A DNA stretch of 40,000 nucleotides from an uncultured Alphaproteobacteria bacterium (GCA_963791255.1 CAWBSA010000007.1:222020-262019), one strand, 5' to 3'. Counted from the stretch's first letter, positions 14,493 to 24,191 are shown. The notes: generated from the sequence alone by a model not told the origin. Numbers and translations: made by a program.

Positions 14493-15741
14493 GCGCCCGG
14501 CGCTGCTGATCGCGGCCGTCTCGGGACGGGCGCTGGCGCAATCGGCACGCCGTGCCGGGCTCGTTCCGCTGGTCGCGGACTTCTTCGGAGATCGCGACAC
14601 GCAACAGGCGGCCCATGCCTGCCGCAAGCTCGACGGCGATATCGCCCGCGGCTTTCAGTGGACGAGCCTCGCTCGCGCGCTTCGGGCGCTCGCCGCATCG
14701 AGCCCCGCCCCCATCCTAGGTCTCGTCTACGGCTCTGGCTTCGAGGACCGGCCTAAGCTGCTCACGCGGATCTCCGCGCGCTGGACGCTGCTCGGCAACG
14801 ACGCGGCGGTCGTCGAGCGGCTCAAGGATCCGGACATCTTTTTCGCCGAGCTTGACCGGCTCGGCGTCGCCCACCCGGCGACATCGCGCAAGCGGCCCGC
14901 GAAGGGCGCGTGGCTCATGAAGCGCGAAGGCGGAGCCGGCGGCAGCCATATCGCTTCTGGCTCACGCGCAGCTAACAGTGGCGAATTCTATTACCAGGAG
15001 CGCCTCGAGGGACGCCCGATCTCGGTGCTGTTCGCCGGCAATGGCAGCGAGGCGCGCGTGCTCGGCTTCAGCGAGCAATGGACCGTGCCATCCAAACGGA
15101 GCCCATGGCGCTATGGCGGCGCGGCGCGACCAACCCGTCTGCCGGCCGCCGCCAAGGCGGCGATGGTCGTGGCGGTAGAGCGCATGACCGAAGCGTTCGG
15201 CATCGTCGGCCTCGCCTCAGCCGATTTCATGGTGGAAGGCGGGAGCGCGCTGCTGCTCGAGATCAATCCGCGCCCCGGCGCCACGCTCGATATCTTCGAC
15301 AGCCCGCGCGCGCCCCTCGTCGCGCTTCATCTCGACGCAGTGCTCAAGCGCAAGCTCCCCAAGGCGCGACTCACTCTCGCTGGCGCCATGGCCTCTTCCA
15401 TCGTCTTTGCGCCCCGCGCCGTAACCGTGCCGTTGACCATGACTTGGCCCGATTGGGCCGCCGACCGGCCAAATCCGGGTGAACTTATCGACAAAAACCG
15501 CCCGATATGCACTGTGTGGGCGCGCGCCGCCACGAGGGCGGCCGCCAAGCGTCTGATCACGGCGCGCACGACAAAAGTCCTGGCAAATCTTGAGGTTGGA
15601 AGCAGGGGGGATGACGGTGAACAAATTGGACAAAAAGACGGAAGAGAGCGCAACGCGCCAAACGGAATGGCCGAGCGTCAACGCCACGGTCGAGCCGCTG
15701 GTCAAGGCACTCGTCGACGAGGCGCAGGCGCTCAGGGTTGA
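14470..15741 (+). CDS. ATP-grasp protein of the H4MPT/MFR island (orfY-type). The last ~130 nt overlap mch out of frame and look non-coding
   Basis: ALLIAAVSGRALAQSA..., the ATP-grasp core (WLMKREGGAGGSHI, YYQERLEG, SADFMV...LLLEINPRPGATLDIF). TTG start at 14470 overlaps the mtdB end. GC3 collapses after ~15611. Confidence 0.7.
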   Translation: MPRSWSAERPALLIAAVSGRALAQSARRAGLVPLVADFFGDRDTQQAAHACRKLDGDIARGFQWTSLARALRALAASSPAPILGLVYGSGFEDRPKLLTRISARWTLLGNDAAVVERLKDPDIFFAELDRLGVAHPATSRKRPAKGAWLMKREGGAGGSHIASGSRAANSGEFYYQERLEGRPISVLFAGNGSEARVLGFSEQWTVPSKRSPWRYGGAARPTRLPAAAKAAMVVAVERMTEAFGIVGLASADFMVEGGSALLLEINPRPGATLDIFDSPRAPLVALHLDAVLKRKLPKARLTLAGAMASSIVFAPRAVTVPLTMTWPDWAADRPNPGELIDKNRPICTVWARAATRAAAKRLITARTTKVLANLEVGSRGDDGEQIGQKDGRERNAPNGMAERQRHGRAAGQGTRRRGAGAQG

Positions 15742-16624
15742 GGTGAGCAGGGGCACGCTCGGCGAATGCCGCATCGATTGCGGCGTGCGCGCAGTGGGCG
15801 GGTTGGAAGCCGGGCGCCGCATCGCCGAGATCTGTCTCGGCGGGCTTGGCAGCGTGTCGCTGGAGACCACCAACCACGAAAGCTCCTGGCCGTTCATGGT
15901 GACCGTGCACACGAGCCAGCCGGTGCTCGCCTGCCTTGGCTCGCAATATGCCGGCTGGAGCCTCTCGGTCGACGACAAGGGCAAGAAATACAACGTGCTC
16001 GGCTCAGGCCCGGCGCGCGCGATCGGCTCGTCGGAGAAGCTGTTCGACGAGCTCGGCTATCGCGACGAGGCGGCGAGCGCGGCTCTGGTGATCGAGGCCG
16101 ACCGCGCCCCACCCCCGGCCCTGGTCGAAGCCGTCGCCAAGGCCTGCAAGCTTTCGCCCGAGCGGCTGACCTTCATCTACGCCCCGACATCGAGCCTTGC
16201 CGGCACGGTGCAGATCGCCGCACGCTGCCTCGAGGTCGCGCTGCACAAGGCGCATGAGCTGCACTTCCCGCTCGACCATATCGTCGACGGCATCGCCACC
16301 GCGCCGCTGCCGCCGCCGGCGCCCTCGTTCGTCGCCGCAATGGGGCGCACCAACGACGCCATCATCTATGGCGGTCGCGTGCAGCTCTACGTCACGGGCG
16401 GCGACAAGGAGGCCAAGGCGCTCGCCGACAATCTGCCGAGTCTCACGTCGAAGGATTACGGCAAGCCGTTCGCCGAGATCTTCGGCGCGGTGAAGGGCGA
16501 TTTCTACGCCATCGACCGCATGCTGTTCAGCCCTGCCAAGGTGACGGTGACCGCGCTCAAGTCGGGACAGAGCTTCCAGGCGGGCCATATCGACACCGCC
16601 GTGCTGGCGCGCTCCTTTGCCTGA
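15611..16624 (+). CDS. mch: Methenyl-H4MPT cyclohydrolase
   Basis: Mch-family sequence includes IDCG, GGLEAGRRIAEICLGGLG, LACLGSQYAGW, LGSGPARA and IYGG. ATG at 15611 follows an AGGGGGG SD. Confidence 0.92.
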   Translation: MTVNKLDKKTEESATRQTEWPSVNATVEPLVKALVDEAQALRVEVSRGTLGECRIDCGVRAVGGLEAGRRIAEICLGGLGSVSLETTNHESSWPFMVTVHTSQPVLACLGSQYAGWSLSVDDKGKKYNVLGSGPARAIGSSEKLFDELGYRDEAASAALVIEADRAPPPALVEAVAKACKLSPERLTFIYAPTSSLAGTVQIAARCLEVALHKAHELHFPLDHIVDGIATAPLPPPAPSFVAAMGRTNDAIIYGGRVQLYVTGGDKEAKALADNLPSLTSKDYGKPFAEIFGAVKGDFYAIDRMLFSPAKVTVTALKSGQSFQAGHIDTAVLARSFA

Positions 16625-16628
16625 CGCG

Positions 16629-17564
16629 ATGACTGACGGGGCGGCACCTGACGCGAGCATCGTCCTGTTCGGCGATGGGCGCGACTGGCATGGCAAGAGC
16701 CTGTTGCGCGCCTTCAAGAAGCGCGGGCTCAGCCCCTTGCTCGTCCCGCTCGATGTATGCGGCTTCTCGACCGAGACCGCGACCGGGCTCGCCATCCCCG
16801 GGCTCGGCGACCGGCTGCCCGAAGGCGCCTTCGTCCGGTTCGTGCCCGGCGGCACATTCGAGGAGGTCACGCTCTATCTCGGCGTGCTGCATGCGCTCCG
16901 CGAGCTCGGCGTCGTCGTGTGGAACGACGCCCGCGCCATCGAGCGCTGCGTCGACAAGTCGACCACCACGTTCTTCCTCCAGCGCGAGGGACTGCCGACG
17001 CCGCGCACCTTCGCCTGCGTCGATCCGTTCGATGCCGCCTCGATTGCGGCCAGGCTGCTCGGCGACGGCAAGAAGCTGGTGCAGAAGCCGCTGTTCGGCG
17101 CGCAGGGCAAAGGCTTGCGTCTGATCGCCACGCTTGGCGATCTGGCGCCGCCGGAGGAGGTGAACGGGGTCTATTATCTCCAGGAGTTCGTTCCGCCGGC
17201 GCAGGCGCATCACCAGGACTGGCGGATCTTCGTGTGCCAAGGCGAGGTCGTTGCCTCCATGATCAGGCATGGCGCGAGCTGGATCACCAATATCAAGCAG
17301 GGCGCGCGCGCCAAGGCCGCGATCGCGAGCCAGGAACTGACCGAGCTCGCGGTGCGTTCTGCCGCTTGCGTCGGCGCCGACTATGCCGGTGTCGACATCA
17401 TCCAGGCGCAAGACGGTGGTTTCCTCGTGCTCGAGGTGAACTCCATGCCGGCGTGGAACGGGCTCCAGGCCGTGAGCCGGCTGAACATCGCCGACCATCT
17501 CGTCGGCGCTTTTCTCGACGCGGCGCTGGGCGAGACCCGCCGCAAAGGCCAAGAGGGCGCTTGA
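16629..17564 (+). CDS. RimK-family ATP-grasp ligase (orf5-type; H4MPT:alpha-L-glutamate ligase-like)
   Basis: RimK-like motifs include CVDKSTTTFFL, LVQKPLFGAQGKGL, YLQEF, DWRIFV, ITNIKQGA, AGVDII and VLEVNSMPAW. Confidence 0.85.
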   Translation: MTDGAAPDASIVLFGDGRDWHGKSLLRAFKKRGLSPLLVPLDVCGFSTETATGLAIPGLGDRLPEGAFVRFVPGGTFEEVTLYLGVLHALRELGVVVWNDARAIERCVDKSTTTFFLQREGLPTPRTFACVDPFDAASIAARLLGDGKKLVQKPLFGAQGKGLRLIATLGDLAPPEEVNGVYYLQEFVPPAQAHHQDWRIFVCQGEVVASMIRHGASWITNIKQGARAKAAIASQELTELAVRSAACVGADYAGVDIIQAQDGGFLVLEVNSMPAWNGLQAVSRLNIADHLVGAFLDAALGETRRKGQEGA

Positions 17565-18421
17565 CCAGGGCCGCAAAGCTGAACCCGGTCGCTCAAGCCT
17601 TCCATGATTCATGCCTTGCCGAGCTCGATGCGCTGAAGCCCGGCAACGTGCATCGCCTCGGCGAGGACAAGCGCATGAGCGTCGCCGATTTCGAGGCGAG
17701 CGCGACAGCGTCCGCTCCCGCGATCGGGCGCGCAGGCCTTGCGGTCGGGAAGCGTATCCTGCGCGCCATCGAGGCGACCAGAGGCGCGGTCAAGCACAAC
17801 ACCAATCTCGGCATCGTGCTTATGGCGAGCCCCCTCGCCGCCGCCGCGCTCGGCCGCAAGAACGGCGATCTCAGAACCCGGCTCGGCGCGGTGCTCGATG
17901 GGCTGACGGTCGAGGATGCGCGCGATGCCTACTGGGCGATCCGCCTGGCGGAGCCCGGCGGTCTCGGCGCGGCACCCGAGCATGACGTGGCAGCCGACCC
18001 GCGCACCACCCTGCTCGAGGCGATGCGCGCGGCGGAGCTCAGAGACCGCATCGCCTGGAACTACACGCACGGCTATGTCGACATTTTCGAGCTCGGCCTC
18101 GCTTGGCTTAAGCGGGCGCGCGAGCGCTGGGGCGATTGCGCCTTTGCCGTGACCTCGGTCTATCTCGGCTTTCTCGCCCATATCCCCGACACACTGATCG
18201 AGCGGAAATTCGGCGCCAAAGTCGCCGCCTCGGTGCTGGATGAGGCGCGTCCAATCGAAGCGGGTTTGGCGGAATGTGCGGCGCCAGAGACCATGACCGC
18301 GCCGCTGATGGCCTTTGACCTGGCGCTCAAGGAGCGTGGGCTAAACCCGGGCACCTCGGCCGATCTTACCGTGGCGACGCTGTTCGCCGCGGCGCTCGAG
18401 GGGCTGGAAAAACCCCAATAA
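17561..18421 (+). CDS. Triphosphoribosyl-dephospho-CoA synthase (CitG/MdcB)-like protein (orf7-type)
   Basis: LKPGNVHR, NTNLGIVLM, GTSADLTVA. TTG at 17561 overlaps the upstream stop (TTGA). The 554-aa track ORF is a frame-shadow extension. Confidence 0.8.
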   Translation: MTRAAKLNPVAQAFHDSCLAELDALKPGNVHRLGEDKRMSVADFEASATASAPAIGRAGLAVGKRILRAIEATRGAVKHNTNLGIVLMASPLAAAALGRKNGDLRTRLGAVLDGLTVEDARDAYWAIRLAEPGGLGAAPEHDVAADPRTTLLEAMRAAELRDRIAWNYTHGYVDIFELGLAWLKRARERWGDCAFAVTSVYLGFLAHIPDTLIERKFGAKVAASVLDEARPIEAGLAECAAPETMTAPLMAFDLALKERGLNPGTSADLTVATLFAAALEGLEKPQ

Positions 18422-18627
18422 AGCTTAAAAATCTGCCCTTCGCTGCGGCCAACAATCGACTTGCCGATGTCGTAAGCCCCGGCTTATGTTCTCCCCGCGG
18501 AGCTCTTACCAGGAGTTGCGGACGGAGGCGCTTTACCCAAAGAACTTTCGTCGGCTTGCGGTCGGCGGTGTCACCGCCAGCGCCCGCTAAATTGCTCACT
18601 TAATCAGCCCATTAGGGAGGGGGTTTC

Positions 18628-19137
18628 ATGCCCAAAATCAGTGGTACGTGTGTTGGCGAGTCGCTCGTCGGCGACGGCAACGAGGTTGCTCATATCGATC
18701 TGTTGATTGGTCCGCGCGGCGGTGCCGTGGAGCAGGCGTTCACGAATGCTCTGACCAACAACAAAGACGGCTTCACCACGCTGCTCGCGGTGGTCACGCC
18801 GAACCTTCTCTGCAAGCCCCCAACGATCCTCTACAACAAGGTGACCATCAAGGACGCACGCCAGGCCGTGCAGATGTTCGGCCCCGCGCAGTACGCCGTG
18901 GCCAAGGCGGTCGCCGATTCCGTCGCGGAAGGCGTCATCCCGGCCAACGAGGCCGATGACCTGTTCATCTGCGTCGGTGTGTTCATCCATTGGGAAGCCA
19001 AGGACGACAAGAAGATCCAGGACTTCAACTATCGCGCCGTCAAGGAATCCATCGCTCGCGCCGTCAAGGGCGAGCCGAAGGCCTCCGAGGTGACCGCGAA
19101 GAAGGATTCCGCGCACCACCCGTTCGCGGCCGGTTGA
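18628..19137 (+). CDS. fae: Formaldehyde-activating enzyme
   Basis: [24 protein letters not shown]...[12 protein letters not shown]...[10 protein letters not shown]...VGVFIHWEA...HPFAA closely resembles the M. extorquens Fae as recalled. Strong GGGAGGGGG SD. Confidence 0.95.
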   Translation: MPKISGTCVGESLVGDGNEVAHIDLLIGPRGGAVEQAFTNALTNNKDGFTTLLAVVTPNLLCKPPTILYNKVTIKDARQAVQMFGPAQYAVAKAVADSVAEGVIPANEADDLFICVGVFIHWEAKDDKKIQDFNYRAVKESIARAVKGEPKASEVTAKKDSAHHPFAAG

Positions 19138-19265
19138 AAGGGAGAACCCCCAGGTCGGGGGGAACCCGGTAAAGACGGCGGTCCGGGCCCGATTCGGCGG
19201 TGGCTCCAAAGACTGGGTTTCTGACGAACGGGCGCGAAATAACAGCGCTCTGGATTGCAACGATA

Positions 19266-19295
19266 GATCGCCGCTCTCAGCTGAGGGCGGCGATC
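19266..19295. terminator. 30-bp near-perfect palindrome at the convergent 3' ends of fae and the HisA/F-like gene
   Basis: GATCGCCGCTCTCAG|CTGAGGGCGGCGATC with one mismatch, followed by TCATTTTC on the + strand. Overlaps the minus-strand stop at 19277. Confidence 0.35.
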
Positions 19296-19987
19296 TCATT
19301 TTCAGTGATGGCGTTGGTGTGCAGCGCGGTCGCGATCAGAGCGCCGCTCGCCTCTAGCGCCTGGATCGCGGCAAGATCGCGCGCATCGCGCACGCCGCCG
19401 CCGGCGAACACCGCGCAGCTGCCCCCTGCCATGTCGAGGATGCCCTGCAAGCGGCCGATGTCGGGGCCGTCGCTTGTGCCGACGCGGGCGAGATCGATCG
19501 CGACCAACCGATTCGGCCAGAGCGCGGGATCGCTGAACAGAGGCTCGGGCCCCTGCCTCCCCTCAGAGGCGAAATCGAGCGACAGCACGACGCTCTCGCC
19601 GAACGCGGCATGGATGTCGCGCCAGTCGTCGACGCCGGCCAGGCTCTCGCTGCCGATGACGAGCGTGGCGCCAAGCGGCAGCCAGAAGGCGCAATCGGCA
19701 ACATCGGAAAAGCCGGCATCGACCCAGAGCGTGGTGCCGGGCAGCGCGTAAGAGAGCCCGCGCACCAGCTCGAAATGATTGCCGATGCCCTCGATGGCGT
19801 CGAGATCGGCGATATAGAGGGCCGGAGAGCCGGTGACGGCGAGCATGCCGCGGGCGATTGCCGCCGGGTCGTCTGCCGGACCGAACGGGCTCATGATCGG
19901 GGCGTAGTCGGCGCGGCGGCCGGCCACGGCATGGACCGCGACGCCGCCCTTTAGGTCGAGGACCGGGATGACGGTGAAGTTGCTCAT
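19277..19987 (-). CDS. HisA/HisF-family (TIM barrel) protein of the H4MPT island
   Basis: VIPVLDLKGGVAVHAV, LYIADLDAI, LSLD, DLARVGT, AGGGVRD. Confidence 0.8.
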   Translation of the reverse strand: MSNFTVIPVLDLKGGVAVHAVAGRRADYAPIMSPFGPADDPAAIARGMLAVTGSPALYIADLDAIEGIGNHFELVRGLSYALPGTTLWVDAGFSDVADCAFWLPLGATLVIGSESLAGVDDWRDIHAAFGESVVLSLDFASEGRQGPEPLFSDPALWPNRLVAIDLARVGTSDGPDIGRLQGILDMAGGSCAVFAGGGVRDARDLAAIQALEASGALIATALHTNAITENEIAALS

Positions 19988-20085
19988 GGCGTTGGTTGGC
20001 GATCATTGTTCGTTTCACCGCCTGTCATTCCGGCTCTATGCCGGGCATCCACGTCATTTTTCTGCCAACGGGATAAGGTACGCTG

Positions 20086-20113
20086 GATGGCCGGGACAAG
20101 CTTTCGCCGGCCA
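20086..20113. repeat. REP-like hairpin (ATGGCCGG-12 nt-CCGGCCAT) in a divergent intergenic region
   Basis: Shares TGGATGGCCGGGACAAGC with the family seen at 7726-7749 (opposite orientation) and 36178-36199. Confidence 0.4.
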
Positions 20114-20134
20114 TGACGAAGGCTAGGACGAGGA

Positions 20135-21187
20135 ATGAACGAGATGACTTCCGTCATTGGCTGGGATCTCGGCGGCGCCAACCTCAAGCTGGCGCGCCTT
20201 CAAGGCGGCCGCATCGCGCTGGTGGCGCAGATCCCCTGCCCCGTCATTCCTGACCGCAGCAAGTTCGATCGCGCTCTCGGCGAGGCGCTGAAGCTCTGCC
20301 CGAGCGGCGAAACCCCCCGCCACGCGGTCACCATGACGGGCGAGTTGTCGGATGTGTTCGCCACCCGCGAGGAGGGCGTCGCCTATCTGGTGACGATGAT
20401 GCAGAACGCCATCGGTACCGAGCGACTTTCGATTTATGCGGGCGGCGCGGGATTCCTCGCGCCTGACCTTGCGGTCATGAGGCCGCTCGACGTGGCGTCG
20501 GCCAATTGGCACGCGAGCGCGGTGCTCGCAGCGGCACATTATCCAGACGGGCTGCTGGTCGATGTCGGCACCACCACCACCGATCTCGTGCCGCTCCGGG
20601 CTGGCGCGCCCGCCTCGCGCGGGGTGACCGACGGCGAGCGGCTCACTGAAGGCGAACTCGTCTACACCGGCGTGGTGCGCACGCCGGTGATGGCGGTTGC
20701 CCGCGAGGCGCCGTTCAAAGGCCGCGCGCAAGGGATCGCCGCCGAGCGCTTCGCCACGATGGCCGACGTCTATCGCCTGACCGGGGAGTTGCCCGAGGAC
20801 GCCGATCCCTACCCGTCAGCCGATCTTCGCGGCAAGAGCGCAGCGGAAAGCGCGGCGCGGCTTGCCCGCATGCTCGGCCGCGACGCGAGCGAGGCTCTGC
20901 CCGACCAATGGGTCGATGTGGCGCGCCATTTCGCTTGCCTCCAATCCGCCGGGATCGAGGCCGCTTCGCGTCATCTGATCGGGCGCGAGCAACTTGAATC
21001 GGGAGCACCCATCATCGGCGCCGGCTGCGGGCGGTTCCTCGCGAAACGTCTCGCCGCGCAACTCGATGTTCCCTATCGCGACTTCGCCGACATGATCGAC
21101 TGTGCGCCCGAGGCACGCGAGATGGCCGCGCGCTGCGCGCCCGCCGTCGCCGTGGCGATCCTGGGGGCCAAACCTGCCGCAGTTTAG
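20135..21187 (+). CDS. Hydantoinase/oxoprolinase-fold protein, H4MPT-linked C1 transfer pathway family
   Basis: IGWDLGGANLK, VTMTGELSD, LLVDVGTTTTDLVP, LVYTGVVRTP. Confidence 0.8.
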   Translation: MNEMTSVIGWDLGGANLKLARLQGGRIALVAQIPCPVIPDRSKFDRALGEALKLCPSGETPRHAVTMTGELSDVFATREEGVAYLVTMMQNAIGTERLSIYAGGAGFLAPDLAVMRPLDVASANWHASAVLAAAHYPDGLLVDVGTTTTDLVPLRAGAPASRGVTDGERLTEGELVYTGVVRTPVMAVAREAPFKGRAQGIAAERFATMADVYRLTGELPEDADPYPSADLRGKSAAESAARLARMLGRDASEALPDQWVDVARHFACLQSAGIEAASRHLIGREQLESGAPIIGAGCGRFLAKRLAAQLDVPYRDFADMIDCAPEAREMAARCAPAVAVAILGAKPAAV

Positions 21188-21256
21188 CCCTTGCGGCTTC
21201 CGCTCGCCTGGACGATCTTCCGCGAAACTTATGTCAGGATCGGAGCCCGCGCTATC

Positions 21257-22096
21257 ATGCCCCGTACGAGCAGCTGGAGCTTGCGCGACACCGAGCGCCT
21301 GATCGAGGGCAACAAGGCGCTGCTCGGCGAGAAGCACGAGCTGGTCGCCGTCACGCGCATCAGGAACGAGGCGCTGATCCTGCCCGACACGCTCGATTAT
21401 CTCGGCAAGCATGTCGATGCGATCGTCGCCTATGACGATGCGAGCACAGACGAGACGGTCGAGATTCTGCGCGAGCATCCTAAGGTCGCGCTGATCATCG
21501 AGAATGACGCGTGGGAGCAGGACATGGCGGCGCGGCGCCTCGCCGAGGGCCGGCATCGCGGCCTCTTGCTGGACATGGCACGCGAGACGCTGCCGCATGA
21601 CTGGATGTTGTGCTTCGACCCCGACGAGCGCGTGACCGGCGACATCAAGGGCTTTCTCTCAGCCCTGCCCGATGAGGTCGACGGCGTGCGGGTCAAGCTG
21701 TTCGACGCTTACATGACCGAGGGCGACCACGCGCCGTTCGGGCCCAACAGCGAGCTGATGGACTTCCGCCGGTTCTTCGGGCCCGAGCAGCGCGACATTC
21801 TGATGTTCTGGCGGGGCCGGCCCAAGATCCATTTCGCCGAGCATCATGCGCGGGAGCCCGGCGGCCTCGAAGTGATCGCCACCGACCTCTATTGCCAGCA
21901 TTACGGCAAGTCGCTGTCGCTCGACCATTGGGAGGAGACTTGCGACTATTACATCAAGCACTTCCCGTTCGAGACCTACGGCAAGAAGTGGACCGAGCGC
22001 AAAGGCAAGGGCATCCATGCGCAGTCCGACTTCGCCCGGCCGCTCTACGAATGGGGCGATGAGCTGTTCACCAACGCGGTCAGAATCGAGCGATAG
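21257..22096 (+). CDS. Glycosyltransferase family 2-like protein (alternative start TTG 21191)
   Basis: VAVTRIRNEALILPDTLDYL...IVAYDDASTDETVEIL and a DxD-like CFDPDE. Confidence 0.6.
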   Translation: MPRTSSWSLRDTERLIEGNKALLGEKHELVAVTRIRNEALILPDTLDYLGKHVDAIVAYDDASTDETVEILREHPKVALIIENDAWEQDMAARRLAEGRHRGLLLDMARETLPHDWMLCFDPDERVTGDIKGFLSALPDEVDGVRVKLFDAYMTEGDHAPFGPNSELMDFRRFFGPEQRDILMFWRGRPKIHFAEHHAREPGGLEVIATDLYCQHYGKSLSLDHWEETCDYYIKHFPFETYGKKWTERKGKGIHAQSDFARPLYEWGDELFTNAVRIER

Positions 22097-22164
22097 TCGT
22101 CGTTCTGTCGGCTGTGGCTCTTCACCACAGAGACAAACCCCCACCGATGCGCTGAGAGGTCCCG

Positions 22165-22926
22165 ATGACACTGCTGCAGGCCATCATCCTCGGGGTCGTT
22201 GAAGGGTTTACCGAGTTCCTGCCGATTTCATCGACGGGGCACCTGATCTTGGCGAGCAGGCTTTTAGGCCTCGCCCAGACGGATTTTCAAAAGAGCTTCG
22301 AGATCGCGATACAGCTCGGCGCTATCGCGTCGGTGATCCTGCTTTATTGGCGCAAGTTCTTGGTGCCGGCGGTCGTTGGCCGCGTGCTGGCGGCGTTCGT
22401 GCCGACCGGTGTGATCGGCTTCGCCCTCTATCATGTGGTGAAGACGTATCTGTTCGACAGCGACACGGTCGTGCTGTGGGCGCTAGGATTGGGCGGCGTG
22501 GCGCTCATCGTGTTCGAGCTGCTGCACCGCGAGGGAGACGATGCCGTGGCCGATGTCACGGCGATCCCTTACTCCAAAGCGTTCCTCATCGGCTTGTTCC
22601 AAAGCCTTTCGATCGTGCCGGGCGTATCGCGGGCCGGAGCCACCATCGTCGGCGGACTCATTCTTGGCCTGAAGCGCAGCACGATTGTGGAGTTCTCCTT
22701 CCTGCTCGCGGTTCCGACCATGCTCGCCGCGACCGGCTACGACCTCTACAAGAATGCCGCGTCCTTCGCGCCGCAGGAATTTGGCGTTCTCGCTGCGGGC
22801 TTCATCGCCTCGTTCGTGGTCGCTCTCGTCAGCATCAAGTTCCTGCTGGCCTTCATCCGCACCCGCACCTTCATACCGTTCGGTATCTACCGCATCGTGG
22901 TCGCCCTCGCCTTTGCGTTCCTGTGA
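22165..22926 (+). CDS. uppP: Undecaprenyl-diphosphatase
   Basis: GVVEGFTEFLPISSTGHLIL and PGVSRAGATI are BacA/UppP motifs. Multi-TM protein. Confidence 0.92.
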   Translation: MTLLQAIILGVVEGFTEFLPISSTGHLILASRLLGLAQTDFQKSFEIAIQLGAIASVILLYWRKFLVPAVVGRVLAAFVPTGVIGFALYHVVKTYLFDSDTVVLWALGLGGVALIVFELLHREGDDAVADVTAIPYSKAFLIGLFQSLSIVPGVSRAGATIVGGLILGLKRSTIVEFSFLLAVPTMLAATGYDLYKNAASFAPQEFGVLAAGFIASFVVALVSIKFLLAFIRTRTFIPFGIYRIVVALAFAFL

Positions 22927-22953
22927 CGCGCAAGGCTCATGCCGACGCCGTTC

Positions 22954-24066
22954 TCATATTATCGGCGTGAAGATCGAGCGGAGAGCTTCTAACGCGCGCG
23001 CGCGTCCGTCGGCGCGGCGGCGCTCGATGCCTTCTGACGAGAAATCGCGAAAGCCGTATTGATCGGCCACCTCTTTCGCCGGAAGCGAGATCTCGACCGA
23101 GTTGACGTGCTTGTACCTGCGCGCCGCCTCGACCTGCGCGGCCACCTCGGGGGGAAGCTCACCCGGCACGAGACCGGCAAGCGATTCGATCGTGCCGATC
23201 AGCTCGTTGATGCGGCTCGCCGTCTTCTTGTCCTGCTGCGTTCGATTGCCGAATCTGAGCTGGTTGATGCGCTCATTCACTTCGAGCAGCGAGCTCGGCC
23301 GCTTTGCCTCGGCCGGGAACAGATTCATGATTACCAGCACCCGATCGATGTCCTCTCCGGTGCTGAACGCGTCGATCGCGTCGCCGAGCGGGGTGTTGTC
23401 GACCAGACCGCCGTCCCAATAGGCGCGGAGCTCGCTGCCCTCTTCGATGTCGGTCCAGGGGAACTGCGGCGGCAGGCTGCCGCTCGCCAGTACATGGCGC
23501 GGGCCGATGGTGGTCTGCGTCGCCTTGCGCACGGGCCGGTTGGAGAATCTTTTCAGCTCGCCCTTCTCGACATCCACCGCGGTCACGACGAAGGCGGTCT
23601 CGCTCGCATTCAGAGCGTCGAAGTCGATATGCTCGGCGAGCGTCCTGAGCAGCGGGTTGGTGTCGTAGAGATAGGTCCAGCTCGACAGCGCCAGAAGATC
23701 GGGACGCATGGCATAGAAGCGCGGCAGTCCGTAGAGCGACAGGTCGCGGGCGATATGCGCCGGCCAGAAGAACGGCGTCGTCAGCGCGAAGTCGTTCCAC
23801 AGCGCCGCGAGCCGCCGCCGCGCGTCGAGGCGGTTGGCCGAGCCCACCACGCAGGCCGCGTTGATGGCGCCGATCGAGACCCCGGTGACGGCCTTGAGCG
23901 TGACATCGCGGCCTTTGGCGATCGCGGCGTCGATCAGCTCGAGCAGGGCGGTGATGGCGCCATATTCGTAGGCGCCGAGCGCGCCGCCGCCTTGCAGCAC
24001 GAGGCCGATCTCGGTCGCCTTGGTCGGTTGTGTGGCCATGGGCTCGCAGCGTCCGGCTGAACCCAC
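22954..24066 (-). CDS. Patatin-like phospholipase
   Basis: GLVLQGGGALGAYEYG (oxyanion GGG), GVSIGAINAA (GxSxG), and the DGG catalytic Asp context (WDGGLVDNTP). Confidence 0.88.
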   Translation of the reverse strand: MGSAGRCEPMATQPTKATEIGLVLQGGGALGAYEYGAITALLELIDAAIAKGRDVTLKAVTGVSIGAINAACVVGSANRLDARRRLAALWNDFALTTPFFWPAHIARDLSLYGLPRFYAMRPDLLALSSWTYLYDTNPLLRTLAEHIDFDALNASETAFVVTAVDVEKGELKRFSNRPVRKATQTTIGPRHVLASGSLPPQFPWTDIEEGSELRAYWDGGLVDNTPLGDAIDAFSTGEDIDRVLVIMNLFPAEAKRPSSLLEVNERINQLRFGNRTQQDKKTASRINELIGTIESLAGLVPGELPPEVAAQVEAARRYKHVNSVEISLPAKEVADQYGFRDFSSEGIERRRADGRARALEALRSIFTPII

Positions 24067-24191
24067 ATATTATAGGCCGCGCGATCGAGCCGACAGGGCG
24101 AAAGACGTTATTGATGGTGACGCACGATGCTTGGCCAGACCCGCGCCAGTCGTGCTACGAAGACCGGCCAATGCAAACTTGGGAGGTTAGC

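Noticed and set aside
16557-17612. 351-aa minus-strand ORF opposite the RimK-type ligase
   Set aside because: A shadow ORF. The + strand has ATP-grasp motifs and much better third-position GC bias.
16757-18421. 554-aa + strand ORF
   Set aside because: Only the last ~286 codons (from TTG 17561) are CitG-like. The 5' part is an out-of-frame overlap with the RimK-type gene and is Arg/Ala-rich.
18422-18627. Possible promoter (TTGCCG-N17-TTATGT) and structured leader upstream of fae
   Set aside because: The match to a sigma70-type consensus is weak, and I cannot evaluate methylotroph-specific promoter motifs or leader structure by eye. The support is not strong enough to report as a feature.
22954-24066. 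Patatin-like lipase as a possible effector of a defence system (CBASS-like or similar)
   Set aside because: No cyclase, sensor, immunity or other partner gene is adjacent. The neighbours are uppP and a small secreted protein, so it looks like a stand-alone housekeeping or lipid-metabolism patatin.
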